DNA of 64,000 bases, from NCBI GenBank assembly GCA_030693515.1, contig JAUYAK010000005.1, positions 3,739 through 67,738 on the forward strand. The letters are read 5' to 3'. The position numbers and the translations under genes were made by a program. Source of the stretch: Opitutaceae bacterium (GTDB lineage: Bacteria > Verrucomicrobiota > Verrucomicrobiia > Opitutales > Opitutaceae). Of the stretch, positions 1-11,500 are shown one piece after another. Each line of letters starts with the position of its first letter. The first letter of the stretch is position 1. The notes beneath the pieces are model-generated. The model had not been told where the DNA came from. It worked only from the letters and a program-made list of their open reading frames with translations, and searched no databases.

Positions 1-1
1 A

Positions 2-1546
2 ACGATTGAGTGGCAGACCTTCCGTGTCTGGCTCGACCGCGGCTTCACGCCGCGCTTCACGTTTCCCAACGGCCCGCTGGCTTCCCGCCAGAACTGGAAC
101 CGCATCCTTCGCCAATACAACAAAGACTTCCCTGCCGAGGTGCGCGGCACCACGGGCATCGTCGAAGCGCGTGTCGTCGTGCAGCGCCACGGCTTTGTGC
201 CGCAGATCCGCATCCACGAGGTGGAAGTCCGCGGCCCGCTCGAGACCCCGCAGCCCACCGCCACCCAGCGCGCAATCTTTGGCGAGCGGCCCTTCGCGCC
301 CGAGCGCACGCGGGAAATCCTCACGCACTTCACCACCCGCGCCTATCGCCGCCCTGCGACGACCGAGGAGGTCGATCGGCTGATGGCCGTCGTCGCGAAG
401 CGCCGCACTGAAGGCCGCAGCCCGGAGGAGGCGCTGCGCGACGGCCTCAAGGCCGCGCTCTGCTCGCCTGCATTCCTCTACCTCGCGGATCCGGCGGCCT
501 CGCGCTTCACGCCTGACGCCTCGCGCCTTCTTTCGGCCCACGCCCTCGCCGCCCGCCTCTCGTATTTCCTCTGGAGCACGACCCCGGACGCGGAGCTGAC
601 GCGCGCCGCCGACACCGGCGAACTGCTCTCGCCCGCCACGCTCGTCGCGCAGACGCGCCGCCTGCTCGCGAGCCCGCGCGCGGATGCGTTTGTCGCGGGC
701 CTCCTCGATAGCTGGCTCAACCTCCGCACGCTCGGCGACATGGCGCCCGACCGCGGCACATTCACCCGCTACTACGCGCAAGGCTTGCAGACCGCGATGA
801 GGCGCGAGACGCAGCTCTTCACGCGCGACCTCCTCGACCGCAACGCCTCCATCGTGCGCTTCCTCGACGCCGACTACACCTTCGCCAACCGCCCGCTCGC
901 GCGCCTCTACGGCGTGGAGGACGCCGTGCCCGCCGAGACCGCGCACGAGTTTCGTCGGATCGCCTTCGCGTCAACGCGGCGCGGCGGCCTGCTCGGCCAG
1001 GGCAGCGTGCTCACCGTGAGCGCCAACGGCGTCGAGACCTCGCCGGTCACCCGCGGCGTGTGGCTGCTCGAAAACATCCTCGGCACCCCGCCCGCCCCGC
1101 CCCCCGACAACGTTCCGTCCATCGACCCCGACGTGCGCGGCGCGAAGTCCATGCGCGAGCTCCTCGCCAAGCACCGCGACAACCCCGCCTGCTACGAATG
1201 CCACCGCAAGATCGACCCGCTCGGCTTCGCGCTCGAGACCTTCGATCCCATCGGCGCCGCGCGCACCACGTATGCGAAGAGCGTGCCCATCGACACCAGC
1301 GGCGAGCTGCCCAACGGCCAGCACTTCGCCGACATCGCCGGGCTCAAGGCCCTGCTCGTCGAGCGCAAAGGCCAGTTCGCCCACATGCTCACCGAGCGTC
1401 TCCTCACCTACGCCTGCGGCCGCCGCATGGAGCCCCTCGACCGCCCGGCCATCGACACCATCCTCGCCGCCACCAAGCCCAGCGACTACCCCTTCCGCGA
1501 CCTCATTGAGCAGATTGTGGTGAGCGAGGCGTTTCGGGGGCGCTGA
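2..1546 (+). CDS. DUF1592/DUF1588/DUF1585-type protein (PVC 'PSD1-like'), 5'-truncated by window edge
   Basis: The frame is open from nt 2. The ORF-track start at 140 is a GTG inside an already open frame. The C-terminal motif CYECHRKIDPLGFALETFDPIG and surrounding blocks are typical of the DUF1588/DUF1585 end of this family. Confidence 0.8.
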   Translation, partial: TIEWQTFRVWLDRGFTPRFTFPNGPLASRQNWNRILRQYNKDFPAEVRGTTGIVEARVVVQRHGFVPQIRIHEVEVRGPLETPQPTATQRAIFGERPFAPERTREILTHFTTRAYRRPATTEEVDRLMAVVAKRRTEGRSPEEALRDGLKAALCSPAFLYLADPAASRFTPDASRLLSAHALAARLSYFLWSTTPDAELTRAADTGELLSPATLVAQTRRLLASPRADAFVAGLLDSWLNLRTLGDMAPDRGTFTRYYAQGLQTAMRRETQLFTRDLLDRNASIVRFLDADYTFANRPLARLYGVEDAVPAETAHEFRRIAFASTRRGGLLGQGSVLTVSANGVETSPVTRGVWLLENILGTPPAPPPDNVPSIDPDVRGAKSMRELLAKHRDNPACYECHRKIDPLGFALETFDPIGAARTTYAKSVPIDTSGELPNGQHFADIAGLKALLVERKGQFAHMLTERLLTYACGRRMEPLDRPAIDTILAATKPSDYPFRDLIEQIVVSEAFRGR

Positions 1547-1593
1547 GTTCGAACCGGAAGCGCCAGAAAAGCAACGTGCTCAACCAAGCCTGA

Positions 1594-2034
1594 CTAAGCA
1601 GAACTTGAATCAACATACGGATGCTCGCTCAGCACCTGCCTGAGTTCTTCTGCACGGCGACGGCCCCAATCTGGATTCATGCTGCTGAGAAGTTCGATCT
1701 GCTTTGTGAAAAGCTGCCGACGAGAATCCTCATTAGGCTTTCGGTGCTTCACTTCAAAATCAGAAGCCATTTGAAACGTGAGACCATTCAAGAGCCAATA
1801 GAGGATCGTTTCAGGTTCTCTCGTGCGGCGACGCTCAAACTCCGTGCCCCGCTCAGTAACCACGAAGCAAAAATCAGCTCCTTCAGACTCGATGTGAGGA
1901 GAGCCATCGTGAGCTGGAGTTTCGCGGAACATGATATACTGCTGCGGCGCTCCGAGCTGTTCGGCGTAGTCGTTATAACGTCTCCTCAAGGCTGCGATCG
2001 CGTTTTTCACTTTTGATTCAGCAGCCTGCTCCAA
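1594..2034 (-). CDS. hypothetical protein, low-GC orphan (possibly polymorphic-toxin immunity-like)
   Basis: 146-codon ORF in a roughly 440-bp patch that is visibly AT-richer than its flanks. The start is non-ATG (TTG at 2034 or GTG at 2010). The family assignment rests on weak recollection only. Confidence 0.55.
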   Translation of the reverse strand: MEQAAESKVKNAIAALRRRYNDYAEQLGAPQQYIMFRETPAHDGSPHIESEGADFCFVVTERGTEFERRRTREPETILYWLLNGLTFQMASDFEVKHRKPNEDSRRQLFTKQIELLSSMNPDWGRRRAEELRQVLSEHPYVDSSSA

Positions 2035-2102
2035 GCTCAGTTCCTCTCACAAGTCTGCATTGCGTCCGACAAACACCATTCGCTCGCTTCACCTATTTCC
2101 CC

Positions 2103-3065
2103 ATGCGTCTCCCCCTCGCCCCCTCCCTCGTTCTCTCCGTCTCCCTCGCCGCCTGCGCGGCGCTCGCCCAAACCCCCGGCGTCCCCACCGCCGCCGACGC
2201 CGCGAAGAACCGCGCGATCAAGTGGGTCAATCCGCCCAAGCCCGGCCAGCTCCCCGAGGGCGTCACGCACCACACGTTTCACAGCGCGGCGCTCGGGCGC
2301 GAGGTCGGCTACTGCATCTACCTGCCGCCCGGCTACGCCAACGACACGTCGCGCCGCTATCCCGTCATCTACAATCTCCACGGCGCCGGCGGCAACGAGC
2401 TGCACAGCTTCTCGTCGGCCAAGGCCCTGCACGACGGCATCGTCGCCGGCCGCTGGCCCGCGATGATTCTCGTGCTGCCCAACGGCGGCTCGCACACGTT
2501 CTACAAAAACTCCGCCGACGGGAAACTCCCCGCCGAAACCCTCATCATCCGCGAATTCATCCCGCATATCGACGCCACCTATCGCACCGTCGCCGCGCGA
2601 GCCGGCCGCGCCATCGAGGGCTTTTCGATGGGCGGCCGCGGCGCCACGCGCCTCGCGATGAAATACCCCGAGCTCTTCTGTTCGCTGCACAACCAGGCCG
2701 GTAACGTCATCCACCTGCTCGACCTCTACGACCCCAAGAAGCCCGACACCTACCCCAACAGTTATCTGGGCCCCGACCGCGCGCGTTACGAGGAGAACGA
2801 TGTTTACGCCCTCATCAAAAAGAACACCGCCGCCATCAAGTCCGGCCTCCGCATCGCCATCACCTGCGGCACGCGCGACGACGGCCACTTGCCCACCATC
2901 CGCGACTATCACGCCGCCCTCCTCGCCGCCGGCATCGACCACACTTATCTCGAAGTTGAGGGCCTCGCGCACGAGCACGACAAACTCGTGACGATGTATC
3001 GCACGACGTGGTTCGACTACCACGCCGAATCCTTCCGCCGCGCCGCTCAAGGTCACGCGCGTTGA
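2103..3065 (+). CDS. secreted alpha/beta-hydrolase, 'putative esterase' (CE1/enterochelin-esterase-like) family
   Basis: ATG at 2103 is followed by a signal peptide (MRLPLAPSLVLSVSLAACAALAQ). Motifs YPVIYNLHGAGGNE and nucleophile elbow GFSMGGRGA are present. Confidence 0.8.
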   Translation: MRLPLAPSLVLSVSLAACAALAQTPGVPTAADAAKNRAIKWVNPPKPGQLPEGVTHHTFHSAALGREVGYCIYLPPGYANDTSRRYPVIYNLHGAGGNELHSFSSAKALHDGIVAGRWPAMILVLPNGGSHTFYKNSADGKLPAETLIIREFIPHIDATYRTVAARAGRAIEGFSMGGRGATRLAMKYPELFCSLHNQAGNVIHLLDLYDPKKPDTYPNSYLGPDRARYEENDVYALIKKNTAAIKSGLRIAITCGTRDDGHLPTIRDYHAALLAAGIDHTYLEVEGLAHEHDKLVTMYRTTWFDYHAESFRRAAQGHAR

Positions 3066-3147
3066 GATCAACGCGCTCCACCATCGCCGCCGCGCTCCGG
3101 CCCGACGCGCCGAGACGCACGAAATTCCGCTCGCGCGCCGCGCAGCG

Positions 3148-3966
3148 ATGCGTTGCGGTTCTGCCATGCGCCCCCTGCCCCTGCTGATCCTCGCTGCGCT
3201 TTGCGCGGTCATGGTCGCCGCGGCGGACAAGAAGAAACCCGGCCCCGAGGTGCTCGTCGTTTCCGACGTGATGCTCGATCCGCCGGCGTTGGCGCGACCG
3301 ACCAAGGAAAAGCCCATCCCCTACATCATCCTCGGCGGCGGCGAACGCACCCTCGGCGATGCGATCGCCGGCGAGAAGATGCCCAGCCGCGAGGACGTGA
3401 CGCGCGAACTTGTCGCCGCCCTCGAATCGCAGGGCTTCCGCCTCACCAAGTTCGGTGGCCCCGTGCCTGCGCTCGCCATCGTCTTCACCTATGGCTCCGC
3501 CAATCTCTCGACCTTCGACCTCGACGACACTGATCCCGCGACCGGAGAGACCACCACCTCCACCATCGCCTTCAACCACCGCGAAATCATGGCGCTCGTC
3601 GGGGCCGACAAGGCCAGCCGCCGCCTGCTCATGTCGTCCGATGCCGACCGCATCAACGAAGCGGCGCGCGAGGACCGGCTCTATGTCCTCGTGGCCGCGC
3701 TCGACGTGGAGGCGCTCGCCAAGCGCAAGGAGAAGAAACTCGTCTGGCGCACGCGCATTTCAATCGAATCGCGGCGCCAGTCGCTGCCCGACGCGCTGCG
3801 CGTGATGTTCAAGACCGCCGCTCCGTGGTTCGGCGCCGCGACGGAGCTGCCCGTCTTCATCGACGACGCCGACCGCCGGAAGGCTGAGGTGCAAATCGGC
3901 ACGCCCGTCGTCGTGCCCGATCAGCCCGCGCCGAAATCTTTGCCACCCACGGCGCCCAAGAAATAA
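3148..3966 (+). CDS. hypothetical secreted protein
   Basis: Long ORF with coding-like composition and signal peptide MRPLPLLILAALCAVMVAAA (alternative ATG at 3166). No recognisable domain. Confidence 0.6.
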   Translation: MRCGSAMRPLPLLILAALCAVMVAAADKKKPGPEVLVVSDVMLDPPALARPTKEKPIPYIILGGGERTLGDAIAGEKMPSREDVTRELVAALESQGFRLTKFGGPVPALAIVFTYGSANLSTFDLDDTDPATGETTTSTIAFNHREIMALVGADKASRRLLMSSDADRINEAAREDRLYVLVAALDVEALAKRKEKKLVWRTRISIESRRQSLPDALRVMFKTAAPWFGAATELPVFIDDADRRKAEVQIGTPVVVPDQPAPKSLPPTAPKK

Positions 3967-3985
3967 ATTCCCCGCTCCTCTTCTC

Positions 3986-5425
3986 ATGAAACGCCCCTTT
4001 CTGCTCGTTGTTCTCTTCTGCCTCCTCCCTGCCTCCTCCAGCCTCTTGGCCGCACCGGCGGCGGCGAAGCCCAACATCCTCCTCATCGTCGCCGACGATC
4101 TCGGCTACAACGACGTGGGGTTCCAAGGCGGGCGCGATATCCCGACGCCGCACCTCGACAAACTCGCCGCGAGCGGCGTGCGCTGCACGAGCGGCTACGT
4201 GAGCTACCCCGTGTGCAGCCCATCGCGCGCGGGCTTCATCACGGGTCGCTACCAGCAGCGCTTTGGCCACGAGTTCAACCCGCGCTGGAACCTCGAAAGC
4301 AAAATCGACGGCCTGCCGCTCTCGCAATCTACCATGGGCGACGCACTGCGCGGGGCCGGCTACACGACGGGCGTCATCGGCAAATGGCACCTCGGGGCCC
4401 ACCCGCAATTTCACCCGAACCGGCGCGGGTTCGATGAGTTCTACGGCTTCCTCGGCGGCGGCCACCGCTACCTACCAGGCTCGCACGTCGATGTGGAAGT
4501 CGGCGCGGGCAAGAAGATGGAGACGCACGCCGATGCCGAGCACGCCTCCCCCATGCTGCGCAACACCGTCGAGGAGCCGGAGCCGCCCGAACTCACGACC
4601 AAGCTCGGCGAGGAGGCCGCGGCGAGCGTCACACGTCATGCGCGCGACGCCAAGCCGTGGTTCCTCTACCTCGCCTTCAACGCCCCGCACACGCCGCTCC
4701 AGGCGCGCACCGACATGCTGGCGAAGTTCGCCCACATCGCCGACGAGCGCCGTCGGACTTATGCCGCGATGGTCGCGACGGTGGACGAGGCCGTGGGCCG
4801 CGTCCTCGGCGCGCTCGATGCCACGGGCCAGCGCGAGCGCACGCTCGTCTTTTTCTTCTCCGACAACGGCGGCCCGATGACCAAGCGCAACGCCAACGCT
4901 TCCCACAACGGCATCCTCCGCGGCCAGAAGGGCGACATCTTCGAGGGCGGCATCCGCGTGCCCTTCGTCGTCTCGTGGCCCGGCCGTCTGCCCGCCGGCC
5001 GCAGCTACGCCGAGCCCGTGATCGCGCTCGACGTGCTGCCCACCGCCCTTGCCGCCGTCGGCGTGAAACGCGATCCCAAGCTGCCGCCGCTCGATGGCGT
5101 GAACCTGCTGCCCTTCCTGACCGGCGAGACCAAGACCCCGCCCCATGCGCGGCTCTTCTGGCGCATGGACGACGGCGCGGCGTTCGCTGTGCGCGAAGGC
5201 AAATGGAAATGGTTCCGCACCTATGAAAACGCCCCGCAGCTCTACGATCTCGTCGCCGACCCGAGTGAGAAAAATGATCTCGTGGCCAAGCATCCCGAGG
5301 TCGCGGCCCGGCTCGCCGCCAGCGTCGCCGAGTGGAACCGCGGCCTCGTCGCGCCCGTCTGGTTCAACAATCCCTTTGGCGGTTTCATCAATTTGCCCGG
5401 TCCCGGCAAGACCGCCGTGCCGTGA
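3986..5425 (+). CDS. arylsulfatase-family (formylglycine-dependent) sulfatase 1
   Basis: Signal peptide, then NILLIVADDLGYND and the C-x-P-x-R signature VCSPSRAGFITGRY. Full sulfatase length. Confidence 0.9.
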   Translation: MKRPFLLVVLFCLLPASSSLLAAPAAAKPNILLIVADDLGYNDVGFQGGRDIPTPHLDKLAASGVRCTSGYVSYPVCSPSRAGFITGRYQQRFGHEFNPRWNLESKIDGLPLSQSTMGDALRGAGYTTGVIGKWHLGAHPQFHPNRRGFDEFYGFLGGGHRYLPGSHVDVEVGAGKKMETHADAEHASPMLRNTVEEPEPPELTTKLGEEAAASVTRHARDAKPWFLYLAFNAPHTPLQARTDMLAKFAHIADERRRTYAAMVATVDEAVGRVLGALDATGQRERTLVFFFSDNGGPMTKRNANASHNGILRGQKGDIFEGGIRVPFVVSWPGRLPAGRSYAEPVIALDVLPTALAAVGVKRDPKLPPLDGVNLLPFLTGETKTPPHARLFWRMDDGAAFAVREGKWKWFRTYENAPQLYDLVADPSEKNDLVAKHPEVAARLAASVAEWNRGLVAPVWFNNPFGGFINLPGPGKTAVP

Positions 5426-5496
5426 ACCCCTGAACTGATTAAGTTTTTGTGCGCTCAGCATCACGAAACCTTTCTGCCTTCTCCTCTTCATTCCCC

Positions 5497-6978
5497 ATGC
5501 ACCGCTACCTCCGCACTCTCGTCCTCCTTTCTGCTTCCCTCGGCGCCCTGCACGCCGCGCCCGCGCGCCCGAACATCCTCTACATCCTTTGCGACGACAT
5601 CCGGACCGCCGCGGTCGGCGCTTACGGCTCGGCGCACGTGAAGACGCCGCACATTGACCGCCTCGCCGCGGAAGGCGTGCGCTTTGCCAACGCGTTTTGC
5701 ACGACCTCGCTCTGCTCGCCGAGCCGCGCGAGCCTTTTCACCGGCCTCTACGCCCACAAGCACGGCGTGCGCGACAACTTTACCGAGTTGCCTGCCTCCC
5801 TGCCGCAATGGCCTGCGCGCCTCCGCGACTCCGGCTACGCCACCGCCTACGTCGGCAAATGGCACATGGGCGAGGACAACGACGCGCCCCGCCCCGGCTT
5901 CGACTGGTTCGTCACGCACAAGGGCCAGGGCAAATACTTCGACACCGAGTGGAATCTCAACGGCCAGAAACGCGAAGTCATCCCCGGCTACTACACCACC
6001 GTCGTCACCGACCTGGCGCTTGATTGGCTGAAGAAACAGACGCCCGCCAAGCCGTGGGTCATGGCGCTCGGCCACAAGGCTCCGCACAGCTTCTATACGC
6101 CCGAGCCGAAATACGCCAAGACCTTCGATTCTGTCCGCATTCCCTATCCGGCGACGGCCTTCCAGCTCGACGACAAGCCGGCCTGGATGAAGCAACGCAT
6201 CAACACTTGGCACGGCATCTACGGTCCGCTCTTTGAGTGGCGGAAGAAATTCCCGGATGCGCGCCCCGAGGCCGTGGTCGACTTCGAGAACATGGTCCGC
6301 GGCTACTGGGGCACGATCCTGAGCGTCGATGACAGCGTGGGCCGGCTTCGCGCCTACCTCGAGCAAACCGGCCAGCTCGACAACACCGTGATCGTTTTCC
6401 TCGGCGACAACGGCCTGCTCGAAGGCGAGCACGGCATGGTGGACAAACGCACGGCGCACGAGCCCAGCATCCGCATCCCGCTCATCGTGCGCAGCCCAGC
6501 GCTCGCCCGCGGCCGGGTCGTGACCAAGCAGGTCCTTACCTGCGACCTCGCCCCCAGCCTGCTCGAACTCGCGGGCGCCCCACCGCTCGGCAAGATCGAC
6601 GGCGCCTCGTGGGTGAAGCTTGCGCGCACCGGCTCCGATCCCGCGTGGCGGAGCGCGTGGTTCTACGAGTATAACTACGAGAAGCAGTTTCCCTACACGC
6701 CCAACGTCCGCGCCCTCCGCACCGACCGCTGGAAATACATCCGCTACCCGCACGGCGACGGCTCGCCCGATCGCCACCTCGCCGAACTCTACGATCTCTC
6801 CGCCGATCCCGACGAGACGCGCAACCTCGCCGCCCTGCCCCAGCACGCCGCGACCGTCGCCGAGCTCCGTGCGATGCTGGCCAAAACGATAGCCGCCGCG
6901 GGCCTCACGCCCGAGACGGACAAGATGCCCCTCGACGCCGGCATCGGCACCGAATTGCCCGACGCGAAGATCCGCTGA
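5497..6978 (+). CDS. sulfatase 2 (GlcNAc-6-sulfatase-like architecture)
   Basis: ATG at 5497 with a signal peptide. Motifs NILYILCDD and [14 protein letters not shown]. The ORF-track N-terminal extension is not needed. Confidence 0.9.
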   Translation: MHRYLRTLVLLSASLGALHAAPARPNILYILCDDIRTAAVGAYGSAHVKTPHIDRLAAEGVRFANAFCTTSLCSPSRASLFTGLYAHKHGVRDNFTELPASLPQWPARLRDSGYATAYVGKWHMGEDNDAPRPGFDWFVTHKGQGKYFDTEWNLNGQKREVIPGYYTTVVTDLALDWLKKQTPAKPWVMALGHKAPHSFYTPEPKYAKTFDSVRIPYPATAFQLDDKPAWMKQRINTWHGIYGPLFEWRKKFPDARPEAVVDFENMVRGYWGTILSVDDSVGRLRAYLEQTGQLDNTVIVFLGDNGLLEGEHGMVDKRTAHEPSIRIPLIVRSPALARGRVVTKQVLTCDLAPSLLELAGAPPLGKIDGASWVKLARTGSDPAWRSAWFYEYNYEKQFPYTPNVRALRTDRWKYIRYPHGDGSPDRHLAELYDLSADPDETRNLAALPQHAATVAELRAMLAKTIAAAGLTPETDKMPLDAGIGTELPDAKIR

Positions 6979-7106
6979 AACAATCCGGCGCGCGCCCGGC
7001 AAAGGCGCGCAAAGTGGAATTTCGTCAGACGAATGTGTGGAGCCGGGGCTTTCGTGTTCGGTCTGGGCGGGTAGTTTGAGTGCGGTAGTGGCTGCCCCCT
7101 TCAACC

Positions 7107-8537
7107 ATGAAACTCCCCCTGCTTCCGCGCTGCCTCGCGTCCGCATTCGCCAGCCTCACCTGCACTTTCTGGGTGTGTGCTGCGGTTCTCATCCCCATGT
7201 CAGGTGCCGCGCAAGCCGCGGCGGCGACGCCGGCCCGCCCCAACTTCATCATCATCTACACCGACGATCAGGGCATCGGCGATCTCGGCTGTTACGGCGC
7301 TTCCGACATGAAGACGCCGCACTTGGATCGACTGGCCGCGACCGGCGTGCGCTTCACTGACTGGCATTCCAACGCGACTGTGTGCTCACCGTCGCGCGCT
7401 TCGCTCCTCACCGGGAAATATCCGCAAAATGCCGGCATCCCCTCGATCCTCTACTCGAAGCCCGGCTTCGATGTGGCCGGCTTGCGGGCGGGCGAGACCA
7501 CGCTGCCCGGCGAGTTGCGCAAGCTGGGCTATCGCACCGCCGCCGTGGGCAAATGGCATCTCGGATCAGCGGCCCACAGCCGGCCGCGCGCGCAGGGATT
7601 CGACGAGTGGTTCGGTTTTTACTCCGGCTGGATCGACTACTATTCCCACCGGTTCTACACGCTCGGAGGTCAGCCGGTTTTCCACGACCTGTGGCGCAAT
7701 GACGAGGAGGTCTCGGCCGAGCCAGAATATCAAACCGAGCTGCTGGGCCGGGAAGCGCGCGAGTTCGTGGCGAGGCAACCGAAGGACCGGCCCTTCTTCC
7801 TCTACCTGGCCTTCGGCGCCCCGCACTACCCGATGATGGCCCCGCAAAAATACCTCGATCGTTTTCCAGCCACGATGGACCGCGACCGCCGGCTGCACTG
7901 CGCCATGGTCGCGGCGCTCGACGACGAAGTCGGCCTGCTCGTCGCCCAGTTGCAGCAGCTCGGCCTTGACGAGCAAACCGTGATTTTTTTTCAAAGCGAC
8001 AACGGCGCGACCGCCGAAGACCGGTCCGATCATCGCGGCCGGCCGTATCGGGGCGGAAGCAATCACCCCTATCGCGGCTACAAGGGCAGCCTCTGGGAAG
8101 GCGGCCTGCGGATGCCGGCGTTGATGCGCTGGCCGGGAAAGATTCCCGCCGGGCAAGTCGTCGCCGAACTCGGCATGGCAATGGACATTTTTCCGACCTT
8201 CCTGCGCTGGGCGGGAGGCACAGTGCCCGCCGGCATCGACGGCGCTGATGTTTCGGGCATGGTGCAGCGTCGCGAAAAATCGCCTCATCACGCGGTCTAT
8301 TGGGACTATGAGGGACGCGCCGCTGTGCGCGAGGGCCCGTGGAAATTCCAGGTCGGACTTTGCGAAGCGCTGGGCGATGTCGTGAGGCCGGAGACGTGGC
8401 TCTCCAATCTCCACGAGGATCCCGCCGAGACCAAAAACTACGCCGCGACCCATCCCGAGATGGCCGCGGGCCTCCAGGCAAAGCTCGCGGCCTGGCAGCG
8501 CACGTGGCGCCCGGAGCCGAAGCCGACGAAGCCCTAA
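7107..8537 (+). CDS. sulfatase 3
   Basis: Signal peptide, [25 protein letters not shown]. Confidence 0.9.
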   Translation: MKLPLLPRCLASAFASLTCTFWVCAAVLIPMSGAAQAAAATPARPNFIIIYTDDQGIGDLGCYGASDMKTPHLDRLAATGVRFTDWHSNATVCSPSRASLLTGKYPQNAGIPSILYSKPGFDVAGLRAGETTLPGELRKLGYRTAAVGKWHLGSAAHSRPRAQGFDEWFGFYSGWIDYYSHRFYTLGGQPVFHDLWRNDEEVSAEPEYQTELLGREAREFVARQPKDRPFFLYLAFGAPHYPMMAPQKYLDRFPATMDRDRRLHCAMVAALDDEVGLLVAQLQQLGLDEQTVIFFQSDNGATAEDRSDHRGRPYRGGSNHPYRGYKGSLWEGGLRMPALMRWPGKIPAGQVVAELGMAMDIFPTFLRWAGGTVPAGIDGADVSGMVQRREKSPHHAVYWDYEGRAAVREGPWKFQVGLCEALGDVVRPETWLSNLHEDPAETKNYAATHPEMAAGLQAKLAAWQRTWRPEPKPTKP

Positions 8538-8563
8538 TTTCACATCCACTCCAAAACCCGACC

Positions 8564-11500
8564 ATGAAACTACCCCGTCCCTTGATCGCATCGCTCCCTC
8601 GCACTTCTGGCGCTTGGCTCCGCCCCACCCCCGGGTTTGCCCTCCTCGCTGCCGTGTTCGTCGCGCCACTAGCGGCGCAGGTGGCACCCAAGCCACCTCC
8701 CTCGCCTGCCGTTTCCGCCGAAATCGTCGAGCTCTCCCCGTTTATTGCCAACGCGGCTTCCGACCAAGGCTACGTGGCGACGAGTTCCCTCGCCGGCAGC
8801 CGCGTCAACACCCCGCTCAAGGACATCGCCGCGCAAATCGACGTGATGACGCTCGATTTCCTCAACGACATCGGCGCGACGACCATCGAGGAAGCCGTCG
8901 CCTTCAGCACCAACAACGGCGGCGCGAACGATCAGAACACCGGCCCGAACGCCGGCATCACCACCACGCGCGCGAGCGGCCGCGCCCGGGGCTTCGATGC
9001 GATCACCAACTCGGCAGATTTCTACGCCACGAATCTCCCCAGCGATCTCTACAACGTTGAGCGCCTCACTTTCGCCAACGGCCCGCAGTCGATTCTCTTC
9101 GGTCTCGGGAATGCCGGCGGCGCCATCGACACCGCGACCAAGCGCGCGCTCTTCCGCAGCAGTAACGAGGTCGGTCTCCGCGCCGACTCCAACGGCTCCG
9201 TCCGTGGCACGCTCGACGTCAATCGTGTGCTCGTCCCGAAAAAACTGGCCCTCCGTTTCGTCGCGGTCCGCAACGATGGCAAGAACCACGTCGAGGACGC
9301 CTTCAACCGCCAGACGCGTGCTTTTGGCGCCCTCACATGGAAACTCACCCCGACGACGACCCTCCGGCTGGCCGCGGAAAAAAGCGGCCAGCGCGCCTCG
9401 AACGCCAGCAACTTCATCGCGCAGGATTTTGTGAGCCCCTGGGTCGCCGCTGGCCGGCCACTCTACGACAACTCCAGCGGCAACGCCGCCATCACCGCCG
9501 CGGCGTTTCCGCTGCTGAATCGAAACACCAACGCGCTCCGCGTTTACTCCTACGGCGGCGCCAGCCCCTCTGTCCTAATCTGGAATGGCTCCGGTCTCAC
9601 GCGCGGTCCCCATCAGCTGGCCGGCGCCATCGACACCCGCGACGCGTCGTTGATCGACAACTCGATCTTCCCGACCGATCGCGACGTGCGCGTCGGTGGC
9701 CGCATGAACATTCTTCACGGCACTTTGCTGCGTGGTGCGCTCGAGCAGAAAATCACCAACGACCTCTTCGTGGAACTCGGCTTCAACTATGAATCCGTTT
9801 CGGAGCTGCTCGGCGGCTCGTTCGACAACGCCGAATCGCTCAATATCTTCGCCGACCCGAACCGCTATCTCCCCGGTGGCACGGCCACCGTGCGCCAGAC
9901 CGCGCTCAATCCCGATGCCGGCCGCCTCTACATCGAGTCATTCCCCACCGGCAGCGAGGTGCGCAACCTCACCAAGGAGCTTCGCCTCACGACCTCCTAC
10001 GAGTTTGATGCCCAAAAGCACTTCACGGGTATCGCCCGGCACTTCGGCCGGCACCGGCTGGCCGGTCTCGTCTCGCAACGCATCGACGAGGATCGGTCGC
10101 AGGTTTCGCGCGGCATGGTTCTCGGCAATCCCTCGTTCGTCACCGGCGATCTGCTCAACAACAGCCGCTTCATCCGCTCCCGATTTTACCTCGATCCGAA
10201 TGGTGGTTCGTTCACGGCCCGCGCCCTGCCGGGCTCGGCAGGTGGCGACAGCCGGCTGTATGGCCCGTGGGCCTTCACGGATTCAGTGCGCAACGAGTCG
10301 TTTCAAGCCACGATGTTTGACCATCCGGCCGGGCGCTCCTCCGCGACCGGCGGCTCGCGCAAGGAAATCACCACCGGGATGCTCGCGCTCCAAAGTTTCT
10401 TCCTCAAGGATCGGCTGAACATCTTCGCGGGCCGACGCATCGATCAGTTTAAGAGTTTTCTGATTGATCCTGCCGCCCTCGTGCGCGGCGACCGTGTGAC
10501 GCCCGGTGATCGACAGGGGCTCTACACTCCGCTGTCTGGCACCGGATTCTCCAGCACGGCCGCTCTCGACGACAGCACGACGACGTATTCCTACGGCACC
10601 GTGGTGCATGCGCTGAGCTGGCTTTCCGTCTTCGGCAGCCGCTCCAACAACACCGCCCTCCCGCCCGGCTTCCTCGACCCCGACAATCGCCTCCTCCCCG
10701 GTATCTCCAGCGAGGGTCACGATGTCGGTTTCAACATCGGTCTGCGGCAAAACGCGATTTCGCTGCGGGTGAATTTCTACGAGGAAAACCAGCACAACCT
10801 GATCGGCGACGGGCAGGGCGTGCGCAACGCCGCCGCCGTCATTGAGCAACGCCTGCGCGGCACGGATCGCCCCGCTGGTATCGCCGCGGTGCCGGCCGAC
10901 GGCTACGACCCCGTCACCCGCGGCGATGTCTATCGTTCCGTCGAGGACAAGATCGGCAAAGGGATCGACGTCACGCTCGTGGCCCGGGTCACCGGCAATT
11001 GGGACTTGCGCATCGCCGGCGGCAAGCAGCAGACCCGCGTCTTCAACAAGGATCTCGACTTCGCCACGTGGACGGCGCGCCGGCTGCCGGTGTGGCAACA
11101 GTTCGGCGGCCTCGGCTGGGACCGAGTGTCGATTTCGACCAGCGATCCCCGCACCGTGCAGCAGTATTACGATCAGGCGATCGCCGCAGAGATCGTGCGC
11201 CAGCAACTGCGCAACAACCTCCCGCGTTTCCGCCAGCGCGAGTGGCGCGGCAGCCTGTTCACCAACTATCGTTTCAGCGAAGGCGCGCTCAAGGGCCTGA
11301 ATCTCGGCGGCGGCATCCGCTGGCTCGACCACACCATGATCGGGCTGCGGCAGCGGACTTTTCCGGACGGTTCGAGGGGTGATGATGTGACGCAGCCGAT
11401 CTTCGGGCCTTCCCTGTTCTACGTCGATGTGCTGCTCGGCTACGGTGGGAAAACGAAATTGTTCGGCGGTCGCAATCTCGGCTGGCGCGTGCAACTCAAC

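Noticed and set aside
8339-8563. N-terminal extensions of ORF-track models. Affected ORFs are the TBDR (8339), sulfatases (5449, 11427, 13115, 16399), TIM-barrel (14155), SDR (15474), ABC ATPase (to 48849), heme protein (to 52422), IorA (54684) and IorB (55757).
   Set aside because: The extensions overlap the preceding genes and are Arg/Pro-rich. They precede an internal ATG that is followed by an obvious signal peptide or the family N-terminus. The shorter models were adopted.
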